This document shows positions 9,029-18,272 of a stretch of DNA of 64,000 nucleotides, in pieces. The translations under genes were made by a program, and so were the position numbers. The notes under the pieces are model-generated. The model saw only the letters and a list, made by a program, of their open reading frames with translations, was not told the origin of the DNA and did not search any database. The DNA comes from Patescibacteria group bacterium. Its GTDB lineage: Bacteria; Patescibacteriota; JAQUNI01. The number at the start of each line of letters is the position of its first letter. Position 1 is the stretch's first letter. The stretch spans positions 335,451-399,450 of the forward strand of contig JAQUNI010000001.1 in assembly GCA_028717685.1 (NCBI GenBank), in the 5' to 3' direction.

Positions 9029-9880
9029 TCATTTGGTTGCGTCCATGGCGCAACGAAAGCCAAGAGTGATGTCCGTGAGAATGGGAGCGAGACCAAAGCG
9101 CATAGCTACGCGAAGGCGATGCTGGTCAGAAGAGCTATATTGCCACTCGCCACCGCGCAACACAGTCCATATTCCAGTCTCTGGTCCCGTTGGATTTGAT
9201 TCTGGCGATCTTAAATAATAATCAGAATCATACCAATCAGTACACCACTCGTAGGCATTTCCTGCCATATCATACAAACCATACCCATTCGGAGCAAAGC
9301 TACCAACAGGGAATGTCAATTGCGGTTTACCAAGGCCACTATATACATATACATCATCATAAGTCAGAGTATCTCCCCACGAATAACGTTTGCCGACAAG
9401 ACCACCCCGAGCCGCCTTTTCCCATTCAGCTTCTGTTGGGAGTCGCTTACCAGCCCACTCCGCATAAGCCTTAGCATCATACCATGATACTCCGACTACT
9501 GGATGATCTGGCCCATTGAGAACTGGGTAATTCCAATATTCTGGTGTTGTTTTGTGTCCAGTTGCATCCATGAACTTTTTATATTGTGCATTAGTTACCT
9601 CATAAACATCCATATAAAAGGCGTCAAGATAAACTGTATGCACTGGTCTTTCATCGCTATCGCCTTCATTAAATGAATCGCCCATCTGAAATTCTCCCGC
9701 AGGGATGAGAGCCATCGACGCACCGTCTGAACTGAATATCTCATTTGTTCTCACCTGAAGATTAGAATCTTGAGATTCCAGTGGATTCTGACTGTCTTTA
9801 CCACAACCAACCAACATAACCGCAAGAACCGTAAAAGCCAAAATCACAAAGAAATACTTATAATACAACATCTTTATCAC
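9029..9880 (-). CDS. Lipoprotein with FGE-sulfatase (SUMF1/C-type-lectin-like fold) domain
   Basis: Lipobox MLVGC; motifs IPAGEFQMG, YEVTNAQY, RLPTEAEWEKAARGG, NGYGLYDMAGN, RGG...GFRC. Confidence 0.92.
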   Translation of the reverse strand: MIKMLYYKYFFVILAFTVLAVMLVGCGKDSQNPLESQDSNLQVRTNEIFSSDGASMALIPAGEFQMGDSFNEGDSDERPVHTVYLDAFYMDVYEVTNAQYKKFMDATGHKTTPEYWNYPVLNGPDHPVVGVSWYDAKAYAEWAGKRLPTEAEWEKAARGGLVGKRYSWGDTLTYDDVYVYSGLGKPQLTFPVGSFAPNGYGLYDMAGNAYEWCTDWYDSDYYLRSPESNPTGPETGIWTVLRGGEWQYSSSDQHRLRVAMRFGLAPILTDITLGFRCAMDATK

Positions 9881-9994
9881 CCTTTTATCCTTCCTACATT
9901 TTGTAGTAATTAACGATAAATTGTCAAAGAAACGCCTCCCTAGCAGAAAATACTAGGTAAAATCGGTAAAACCCTGAATCTTTCTTTAGTCTTC

Positions 9995-10023
9995 ATTATA
10001 GCACCTTTCTTATGTTTTGTCAA
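9995..10023 (-). promoter_or_regulatory. Sigma70 promoter of FGE lipoprotein 1
   Basis: TTGACA-17nt-TATAAT with extended TG; near-identical copy at 19919-19947. Confidence 0.8.
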
Positions 10024-10119
10024 TGTTTTACTCCTGAATCAAGGAATACCTGATTTCTTCTAAAACAAGCAGAAAAGCAAGCTGACTTAATATTACCATT
10101 TTGAACTTATATTGTCCAC

Positions 10120-10230
10120 TTCCCTGCGCCTTTAGGCGGGGAGAAAAGAGGGGGTGGGAGCGGCACTCCCCCTGCTCGCCGCGCTAACGCTCCGGCGTAG
10201 CGAGCCCGAGGGGGAGATGGAGGGGGTCTA
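10120..10230. repeat. GC-rich palindromes with a nested 30-nt module (10175-10204)
   Basis: actccccctg[ctcgccgcgctaacgctccggcgtagcgag]cccgagggggagatggagggggt. Confidence 0.8.
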
Positions 10231-10241
10231 AGGGCGCGGGG

Positions 10242-13200
10242 TTAATCCCCAAGCTTCGCCCTCACATAATTTAAGACTCTTTTAATCCTCTGCCCTAATG
10301 TTAAAAACCTTTGAGTACTAGTGCCGAGAGTCTTTGATAACTCTATAGGTACCGATTCAGCCCAATTATTAGATGTATCCTGATCATAATGATCGTCTGT
10401 TTCTATTAAAGAGACCGAGACTTTAGCTTTTTTATAATATTCTGGAATAATGGGACCAAAGCAATAGCCATTGAAATCAATATTTTTGGCTGCCCCTGGC
10501 AGAAGCTTACCCGTAATTTGTTTCTCAAGCTCAGTTATGTGCAACATCTGACCTGGCACCACCCCACCATCTTCATCAAGTATGGTCACGTAAGCATCGG
10601 CATCTTCTACTGTATTTGCCAAATTTAATTCCTCCGATCCAGCATTAACAAGCTCTACACTTCCGTCTATGCAATAATTCCCTCCCCTTTGAGTCTTACG
10701 AGCTTGCACGGATTCAACAACTAAATCTGGTTCTTTAACTTCCGCGAGACCAGAACATTTTCTATGATCATTATTATTATCGTCATTCCATACGCCCGGC
10801 GTCCCGTTAGACTTTATTTCAGTCACATGTACTTCAAATTGGAAGAATCCCCACTTTTTCATGCCTAAATTAATTGGATAATTATCCTCCTTTTCTAATG
10901 GTGGACTGCCCTCCGCCAGATTGTACGAAGGGGCGCTCCAATGATAAGCTTCGGCACCGCCACCATAACATCCTTGGGGATCAGTCTGACCAGTTGGTTC
11001 CTTATCGAAGTAATACACAGTATAACTATAACTTAAATTATTAACATCTTCGGTGCCTTCATTAATAATTTGAAAATAACCATGTAAGATTCTAGCACCG
11101 CTCTGGCTATCTACACTGGCATAGCTTGCACCCTGCTTTATCCATTTTTGATATTGAATTGCTATATTTGTAATAGAAGGCTTTGGTTGGGGCGGTAGCG
11201 GAGCTGTGCATGCTGTGCCATCATTCTTTAATAATTGCGCGCCCAATTTCACAGGCAAGTTCGCGGCAATGATAAATTCTGTACCCGGTTTGTTTGGAGA
11301 ATTATCCGCTTCCTTGCCTTTTAAGGTAAAGGTCAGAGTGTCGTTGTTATTATAAGGATGACCGGCTGTGTCATTCATCGGGATGGTAACATAAAAAAAT
11401 AATTGTTTTGACTCCTTGGCATAAGAAACTATTTCGGGGGTAGTCAAATTGATGCCTGTTTTTGTTCCCGGACCGTCAGTTAAAGTAAAGGTGCTTTTCA
11501 CATCTCTAGATGCTGTATTCATCAAATTGACGGTAAGTAACAAATATTCGCCCGGATTAGCTCTCCAATCACCTTCTGTGCTCGCGACACAGCTTGCGTG
11601 CAGAGAGCTGCATTTATCCGCCGAGGGGCAAGTATATTGGTATTGGAAAGGCGAAGGAGACGGCGTGCCGGTGGGGGGTTTATACCAGTCGCCTTTATCA
11701 CCCACCATAATCTTGTAATCTGTGGCATTATAAAAACTATTCATACACATTGAGAGATAACGTGCTGGCTCGTATGTCGCTTGGGGGAAACTATTGCATT
11801 GGTCTTTGTTGTATAAAGTCAAATAAGCCGTATCCTGACCAGCTTCGCAGAAATAATCAGGCAGACCTGCTTTATTATTCCTTTCATTGAATTCTGGAAT
11901 CACACCCTCTTTTTCGGTGAAATTAGCATCCACCTTTTCATCCGCAAAAACCGCAAAGCGCATATTTTTAGCCTCTCTGACTTCAAAATTAGGTATAATA
12001 AACTCTGCAATCCCTTTGCTGCCCTTTTTCTCATCGTAAAAATCAAACTCATCGGCGAGAGTCCAAGGGATTTCAGTAACTCGTTGATATTTTTTCTTGA
12101 TGCAGTCAATATAATTTTTGTAAGAATCATCTGCCGCATTAGCGCCTGGTTGGTTGGTCTCGTCCGGATTCTCAAAATACTTGGCATAAGTTTCCAGTGC
12201 GCCGCTTGAGGCCGGTGATTTTGATTCACAGTAACATTCGTCAACCGACAGAATAGGATCTGTTGCGGGTGTGCCGCAATAATTGCCCCGATTCCAGCTC
12301 CAGTCCCAAGTCATATGATGTGTCTCTGTTGTCGGTTTGCCGTAGCAAACATAAACGCCCATGGGGATAACCGTGCCCTTTGGAATGGCGCGATCCCCTT
12401 GATTTTTAATTTTGAATTTTAAATCTAATTTTGATCCCTGAACCACGCCAGTAGTGCCAGCAGGAGATGTATTTATTTGAAAGTCTAACCCTGCCGGCAC
12501 CAAATCCGGCTTTTTCAAAATATTGCCATCATCCTCGCTATTGTCGGCAGAGTTTTCGCAACCCCACACATCAGCCGGAAAATCAGTATACCCATCTTTA
12601 TCATTATCCACGCCGTCGCTGCAGCGCGGAAATACCGGCACGGTCAAATCCTGATGGAAGATGATGCGCCCATATTGGTCCCGAAGGTATAAGGGAACCT
12701 TAGCGTTGCCGTCAGATTTAGCATCATCTTTCACGCGCAGGTTGAAATCCTTGTTTAATATTAGAGTTTGCCCCGAGACAATCATGCCAATCTTAATTGA
12801 ACTTTTATTGTCTCCCGAATCATTCTTGCCGCTTCCGACATATTGAAAAACTGGAGAATTTTCTAAATCAATAAAAAGATCCAAACCGCTAAGACTGCCC
12901 GAGTGCAAGGGACGGATATCTTTTAAAGTAACCCCAATTTCAATTTCCTCGCCGGGATTCGCCACTCCTGTGTCATCGCCGTCCGGATGGTCGCCATCGC
13001 CGCGCAAATCAGCGGTCTTGAGTCCGTCACTTATTTTATATTCCGCGGTGACCGGTGAAGCCGACACATTCGCAATCTGGACAATGCGGTTATTGAGCTT
13101 ATTTAAATCCTTATTTTTCGCATCTTTGTCAGAATCAAAAACCATCATCAAAGCGTGGGTGCCGGGCTCAACAGCGGTCCACGTAACTGTGGCAATATCA

Positions 13201-16121
13201 CAAGCCGGCTTGTTGAACCAAGGCTCAGAAGAGCAGTTGATGGGCATTTCTATTGTGTCTTCGTAGACTTTTTTTGCTTTCACACTTGCGATTTCACTTC
13301 CTGCTTCATTAACAAGATCGCCAGTATAAAAATTAGCTTTCCCAAAGAAACCTTCCACGCCCCCTTCCACTCCTGCCAAATCATACAAGGTTACATGGAC
13401 CTTATCCGCGGATTTGTCGAGACCATCATTTCTATAGCGCATTATAATCGGCACTTCCTGACCTTCATAAAATATAGGCGTAGGCGCGAATTGCCGGTCA
13501 AAAACATTCATATTCTGATACGGCGGCGGGTCTTGCGGCAGTTCCAGCATATAATTTTGGGCAAGGTAACCCCTGCCGCAGGGAGCGGGGTTAGAGCTAT
13601 CTGAAGTGAAATATGTTTCTTGATGGCAATTTCTCGCCGCGGTGGTCGGATCAGGTTTATATTTCTCCCCGCTCCAAAGTTGTTTTTCTGTCACTTCGGG
13701 TAACTCATATCCTTGAAAAAATTCTGAAGCGCCATTGACTTCTTTTTTGAAAACAATATTAATATAAACGCTTTTTGTTATTTCGCTCCAAATCTGGTTC
13801 CTTTCGGCAAGACTTAAATCCGTGCTTAAATCCCAGCGGGCGATATGGACTCCTGCCGGCATATTATTAAAAACCAATTTGCGGTAAAGTTTAATATTTT
13901 CATTGGCTGTGTCAGTCGGCCTAAGATAGATTTCCACCGTAACATTGGATTTTTCAGTCAAGCGATAAGGAAATTCTAAAAAATCATAGCGTCCATCCGT
14001 GGATAAATTTATTGTTTCAGTCTTGATTTGATTTTCCTCGGGTTTTAAATTACAAAAATTCAAAAGCTCCAAAACCTTACGAATACCTGATTTAAAAGCA
14101 TAAAAGGTTGCCAAATCGCCAAAAGTGTCTGTAACACCACTTTCAGAAGCCCAATTGCCAACTGCGTCTGTCACTTCTTCAACCACTCCTCCTAATCCTA
14201 CCGTATCCCCCGCCCTAATAAGCAGCCATTTTGCTGCCCTTCCCAAAAGAGACACGCCTTTCTTTCCTGCTTCTGCGACAGATTTAGTTAAGAGAGGCTC
14301 AATTAACTCCTTGTAAACTACAAACTGGGCTAAAGTAGCAACAGAAAGCAAACTTTCTTTCTTATTAACAGAACTTGCTTGAGCTTGGAATTCACCTTGA
14401 TTATTTTTGATCAAAAGAGACGTATAACCATTGGGGTCAGTCTTTGCCGCTTCCTCTCGGGTTTTATTTAAAGCCTCCAAAGATTCTAAATCTAACGCGC
14501 TGACTTGTTTTCTTAACTCTTCCGGCCAAGGATTGCCAACTGTTTCATCTTTATTGGGAACCATTATATAATTTTGCGTGTCAACCCCTTTTCCATCTAT
14601 TGTCAATCGTTCTCCTTTTTTGTCTCCTACATCAAAAATCCAACAAATCAATTTCTTTCCAAGATCTGAAACCCAGCCCACTATCTCACCCAAAAAATTA
14701 GTGTCCACCTGTTTTAAGGCGGCGATTAAACACTGCCCGGCGCTTGGTCTTTGAGGTTCGCCCATTTTCCCCATCGTAGTCCCCAAGTCCGGCTCTATCA
14801 CTTCAAAGCCGACAGGGCATCCAGCGAGAGCCCCTGTAGTCGCTCTTTTAACTTTAAAATTGACATTGGTAAGGTAAGTCTTGCCTAAATCATAGATAAT
14901 GCGGGAGACGCCGGAGAGATCAGTGGCGTCGCCTGCGATTTTCAGTTTGCTCTCAATTAAATCATTGACCATCACCTTCACTTTCTGACCTGGCCTTTTA
15001 ATTAAACCGGTCCAGCCCGAAGCCAAGGGATCAGAAATCGCCCTGGAAGTAAAGGCAATGCTCGCGGGATACACCTCTACAGGCTCTTGCCAAACATTGG
15101 GCTTCACTAAAGTTTCAATCACGTCAATCTTATATTGAATATCACAAAACAAAGCAAAGGGAAAATCGGCGTCCCAGCTCCAAATATCATAACGGTAGAA
15201 ACCATTAGATAATGGATAAACATAATAAGTGCCTTTGCTGGCTAAATTATATCCAGAAATTGCCCCACTTGTTGCCGGGCTCTGAATTGGGGTGTATCCC
15301 CAGCCCTTGAGTTTACTATCAAGCTCGCTCTTTTTAAGATTTTCCCCCCTCTTCAGAAAATAAGATTCTATCGCCTCCGGCATATCGGTTACCTTGCGGC
15401 CGTCGTTATGACCCTCGGAAATTATATAATCCCGATTTCCCTCCGCTTCAGACGACGCCGCCACATCCATTGTCGTGCCCACGGCGCCCCAGAGCAATCC
15501 TTGAGGCGTAGACCAAATTCTTGCCATATTCTTGCTCCAATAATCGCGATCCGAAATAGAAGGGGGGCGGTCCTCTCCGCTCATCTCTTTGGAAACCTTA
15601 TCCAACTCTTTCAAAACAGAATGGCTTAATTTATTGCCGGTCTCTTTAAGTCCGCGGTAGGCTAAATTCTCCAAGCCCAAGAAAGCGTTTAAGAGGGGCG
15701 CGTCTATCTTAGCGTCTCCCACTTCACTAGCGACCCAATTATGGAATTTAGCAAAGCCGAAATCCAAATAAGGCACAAAGACTTGGCGGTTGTAATCCTG
15801 CACTAAATATTCGTCTTCAAAGCTCTTGACCACTTGAGAATAAAAGCGGTCTACCACGGTATTAAGGGAATCCTTGATAATTAATTTCAAAAAATCTCCA
15901 TAATTAAAAGAAGCGAGCCCCGAGAAAAAAGTTTTCATCGGGTCTAAAATCAAGCCTTGCAGCACTCCTTTAGATTGCGTGTCCCCTGTTGCCGCCGTCT
16001 CTGCAGCACGGGCTGGCAACGCCCCTCCCAAGGGGCTCCCCAAAAAACCAATCAGCAAAAGAAGCGCAATTCCCTTGCGATGTTTGTAAAGCAAATGATT
16101 GTGGAAGAAATTTTTGTCCAT
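10242..16121 (-). CDS. Very large secreted/surface protein with CARDB/Ig-like repeats and Cys/Asp-rich motifs
   Basis: 1959 aa; signal peptide (...PARA-AE); KPDLV...IKNQG...E.NE.NN CARDB-like motifs; CSDGVDNDKDGYTDFPAD motif; NPGE repeats. Confidence 0.8.
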   Translation of the reverse strand: MDKNFFHNHLLYKHRKGIALLLLIGFLGSPLGGALPARAAETAATGDTQSKGVLQGLILDPMKTFFSGLASFNYGDFLKLIIKDSLNTVVDRFYSQVVKSFEDEYLVQDYNRQVFVPYLDFGFAKFHNWVASEVGDAKIDAPLLNAFLGLENLAYRGLKETGNKLSHSVLKELDKVSKEMSGEDRPPSISDRDYWSKNMARIWSTPQGLLWGAVGTTMDVAASSEAEGNRDYIISEGHNDGRKVTDMPEAIESYFLKRGENLKKSELDSKLKGWGYTPIQSPATSGAISGYNLASKGTYYVYPLSNGFYRYDIWSWDADFPFALFCDIQYKIDVIETLVKPNVWQEPVEVYPASIAFTSRAISDPLASGWTGLIKRPGQKVKVMVNDLIESKLKIAGDATDLSGVSRIIYDLGKTYLTNVNFKVKRATTGALAGCPVGFEVIEPDLGTTMGKMGEPQRPSAGQCLIAALKQVDTNFLGEIVGWVSDLGKKLICWIFDVGDKKGERLTIDGKGVDTQNYIMVPNKDETVGNPWPEELRKQVSALDLESLEALNKTREEAAKTDPNGYTSLLIKNNQGEFQAQASSVNKKESLLSVATLAQFVVYKELIEPLLTKSVAEAGKKGVSLLGRAAKWLLIRAGDTVGLGGVVEEVTDAVGNWASESGVTDTFGDLATFYAFKSGIRKVLELLNFCNLKPEENQIKTETINLSTDGRYDFLEFPYRLTEKSNVTVEIYLRPTDTANENIKLYRKLVFNNMPAGVHIARWDLSTDLSLAERNQIWSEITKSVYINIVFKKEVNGASEFFQGYELPEVTEKQLWSGEKYKPDPTTAARNCHQETYFTSDSSNPAPCGRGYLAQNYMLELPQDPPPYQNMNVFDRQFAPTPIFYEGQEVPIIMRYRNDGLDKSADKVHVTLYDLAGVEGGVEGFFGKANFYTGDLVNEAGSEIASVKAKKVYEDTIEMPINCSSEPWFNKPACDIATVTWTAVEPGTHALMMVFDSDKDAKNKDLNKLNNRIVQIANVSASPVTAEYKISDGLKTADLRGDGDHPDGDDTGVANPGEEIEIGVTLKDIRPLHSGSLSGLDLFIDLENSPVFQYVGSGKNDSGDNKSSIKIGMIVSGQTLILNKDFNLRVKDDAKSDGNAKVPLYLRDQYGRIIFHQDLTVPVFPRCSDGVDNDKDGYTDFPADVWGCENSADNSEDDGNILKKPDLVPAGLDFQINTSPAGTTGVVQGSKLDLKFKIKNQGDRAIPKGTVIPMGVYVCYGKPTTETHHMTWDWSWNRGNYCGTPATDPILSVDECYCESKSPASSGALETYAKYFENPDETNQPGANAADDSYKNYIDCIKKKYQRVTEIPWTLADEFDFYDEKKGSKGIAEFIIPNFEVREAKNMRFAVFADEKVDANFTEKEGVIPEFNERNNKAGLPDYFCEAGQDTAYLTLYNKDQCNSFPQATYEPARYLSMCMNSFYNATDYKIMVGDKGDWYKPPTGTPSPSPFQYQYTCPSADKCSSLHASCVASTEGDWRANPGEYLLLTVNLMNTASRDVKSTFTLTDGPGTKTGINLTTPEIVSYAKESKQLFFYVTIPMNDTAGHPYNNNDTLTFTLKGKEADNSPNKPGTEFIIAANLPVKLGAQLLKNDGTACTAPLPPQPKPSITNIAIQYQKWIKQGASYASVDSQSGARILHGYFQIINEGTEDVNNLSYSYTVYYFDKEPTGQTDPQGCYGGGAEAYHWSAPSYNLAEGSPPLEKEDNYPINLGMKKWGFFQFEVHVTEIKSNGTPGVWNDDNNNDHRKCSGLAEVKEPDLVVESVQARKTQRGGNYCIDGSVELVNAGSEELNLANTVEDADAYVTILDEDGGVVPGQMLHITELEKQITGKLLPGAAKNIDFNGYCFGPIIPEYYKKAKVSVSLIETDDHYDQDTSNNWAESVPIELSKTLGTSTQRFLTLGQRIKRVLNYVRAKLGD

Positions 16122-16131
16122 TATCTTAATA

Positions 16132-16244
16132 TTGTCATTGCGAGGAGGGCCTTTAAGCCCGACGAAGCAATCTCATCAAGCTATATTAATACAGATTTAG
16201 GAGATTGCTTCGGTCGGCATCAGATGCCTCCCTCGCAATGACGA
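16132..16244. repeat. GTCATTGCGAG...GAAGCAATCTC / GAGATTGCTTCG...CTCGCAATGAC palindromic element
   Basis: Both inverted arms present; partial copies at 36670-36716 and 57553-57635, degenerate copies at 33698-33870 and 39331-39395. Confidence 0.85.
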
Positions 16245-16254
16245 CAATTCATTA

Positions 16255-17751
16255 TTATTCTTTGTTATCAGCGCTATATTTCTTAGATAATTCATCTAAA
16301 TTCTTCTGCATTAATACTTCTAAACTGTCAAAAGACTTCAATTTGCCGATAATAGCATCCGCCTGTCCGGTATCGCTGCTGCGCAAAGAATTTTCATCCG
16401 TCACCTCCTCATAGATGCGGATAATGGTTAAAAAGATTTTATGGATTTCTTTAGTATCCCGCGGCACGGCGATTTTCAGCAGCTCCGCATCAATATTCTT
16501 GAGCGCGTTATAGGTTTGGTTAATGACAGTATAATCATTCTGGGCAATCTGATTTTTTAAAGTAGCGGCGTCAATACTTTGTAAACCGGAAAAATTTTTT
16601 TCAAAAATACCATTGACATCTTGGAAATATTTTTGGATGTCTTCTGCTTTACTGGTATCAAAAATCTTGAGTTCGCTATCAGAGATTTCCGCGGGCGCGG
16701 AAACAGGAATCGCGTTAAACATATCCTGCATTGAACTTTGCATAGAGTCGGAACTTAAAATCTTTTTCTGCATTTCCAGTTTTCCCGAGACATCCACATT
16801 GCCGGACTGCGCCTTAGCAATATCTTCCTCAGACAAACCCAGCTTTTGCAGGGCGCTGTAATCATTGCCGGTTAAATTGCTAAAGTCCGTTTGCCCGCCT
16901 TGGTCCAGCGCGCATTTGCCGCCGGAAGCGCCGGCATCAACCGAACCAGCAGCGCACGAAGCGCTGGTCGTGGACGCGGAGGCAACAGCGGGAGCGGCAC
17001 CAGAGGCGGAGGGGGTGGGAGCAAAACTCACCGCCGGATTTTTCTTCACGGCTGGAGTCAAAGGATCATAGCCATTTTTTACTTCCACGCCGTCAGGATA
17101 ACCATCGCCATCCGTATCCTTCTGGAAAGGATTAGTAGCGAGTTTCTCTTCAATCTCGTCCGAGAGTCCGTCTTGGTCAGAATCAATGCTCAAAGGCAAA
17201 GAATTCGCGGTAACATTGTTATTGCCTGAAGTATTAAAAACACGGCTGTCAGTTTTGGCGGCGATTTGAGGCACGATTGCCCCTCCCTCTTCTTGCGCGG
17301 TCTCTGTCAAAGCCGCGGCTTGCACTGTCGAAATGGAATTTCCCTTTCCGCTTTCGCTCGCTAATGTTTCGCTCATCCTGTTTAAGGAAGCCTGCGTCTC
17401 TTCAAGATTAATTTTGCGGTCTAGAAAAATAAAACCCCCAATAGCGCCGGCGATTATGATTAAAATCGCGACAGTGACTACTTGGAGGGTTGACCTTAAA
17501 ACTGTTTTGGTTTTTTGATTTTGAAGAAAATTAAAACCCCGCACCACTTTCGGTTCAGGGCTTGTAGGATTTGGTTCTTTAATACTCGCGTCTTCAGAAT
17601 AACCGCGATACCAATTTTCTAAATAAGAAGGCAGTCCTCCCGGTAAAGCCGTTTCCGGCGCATAGCTTCCCGCGTTACTAAAATTGGGGTTCGGATTATT
17701 TAAAACCTCAGAATGCCCGGGATAACCCGAGAAATCAAAATGATTTTTCAT
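16255..17751 (-). CDS. Membrane-anchored protein with bacterial TSP3-like Ca-binding repeats
   Basis: Single TM; DSDQDGLSDEIE...TNP...DTDGDGYPDGVEVKNGYDP. Confidence 0.8.
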   Translation of the reverse strand: MKNHFDFSGYPGHSEVLNNPNPNFSNAGSYAPETALPGGLPSYLENWYRGYSEDASIKEPNPTSPEPKVVRGFNFLQNQKTKTVLRSTLQVVTVAILIIIAGAIGGFIFLDRKINLEETQASLNRMSETLASESGKGNSISTVQAAALTETAQEEGGAIVPQIAAKTDSRVFNTSGNNNVTANSLPLSIDSDQDGLSDEIEEKLATNPFQKDTDGDGYPDGVEVKNGYDPLTPAVKKNPAVSFAPTPSASGAAPAVASASTTSASCAAGSVDAGASGGKCALDQGGQTDFSNLTGNDYSALQKLGLSEEDIAKAQSGNVDVSGKLEMQKKILSSDSMQSSMQDMFNAIPVSAPAEISDSELKIFDTSKAEDIQKYFQDVNGIFEKNFSGLQSIDAATLKNQIAQNDYTVINQTYNALKNIDAELLKIAVPRDTKEIHKIFLTIIRIYEEVTDENSLRSSDTGQADAIIGKLKSFDSLEVLMQKNLDELSKKYSADNKE

Positions 17752-17949
17752 TTTTGTTTTTGATCGCCTCTAATTTTGGAGGTGAAAAATTTTTATTTTT
17801 ATTTTAGCGACTCTTGAAAAGCTAATTTTGGCTTCTCAAAAATCAGAGAAAAATCCCCTAGAAGCAGCTTATTTGCCCTCTAGTTATCTAAATATAGTAT
17901 ATCACATCTAAATCTTCAAGTCAATGGGGGGTAATGGGGATAAAAATGA

Positions 17950-18200
17950 ATAATCCCCGCACCTTTAGGCGGGGAGATATCTGTTGGCTCCATAGTCCCC
18001 GAGTGAAGCGAGGGGTCCGCCCGCTAATGCCTGAAGCCGCGCCCGACAGCGCAAGACGCAGTCGTTGCGGGCGGGCGCAAGCGATGGCGGGCAGGCTGTG
18101 GAGCCAGAATGCAAGACGGAGGTATTAAAGATAAAAGTATTAGCAGAAAATGACGGTCTGCATTTTGGCTCCATAGGGCTAGCGCCACTATGGAGCCAAC
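17950..18200. repeat. Nested palindromic element cluster
   Basis: tgttggctccatagt...ctgtggagcca encloses gcgatggcgggcagg-type modules; a second ttggctccatag...ctatggagccaa follows. Confidence 0.7.
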
Positions 18201-18272
18201 TATTCAAAAAAAGGCGCGAAAATAAAAAACCCAGTATATACTCTTGAAGTATTATACTGGGAATAAGAAAAA

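Noticed and set aside
8540-9096. Short ORFs (8540, 8636, 8763, 8859, 8884) as genes
   Set aside because: They are translations of GC-rich palindromes or overlap the FGE gene and its terminator.
11449-15629. Antisense and alternate-frame ORFs within the 1959-aa gene and other long genes
   Set aside because: They are fully overlapped by a longer ORF with recognisable motifs and have no independent motifs.
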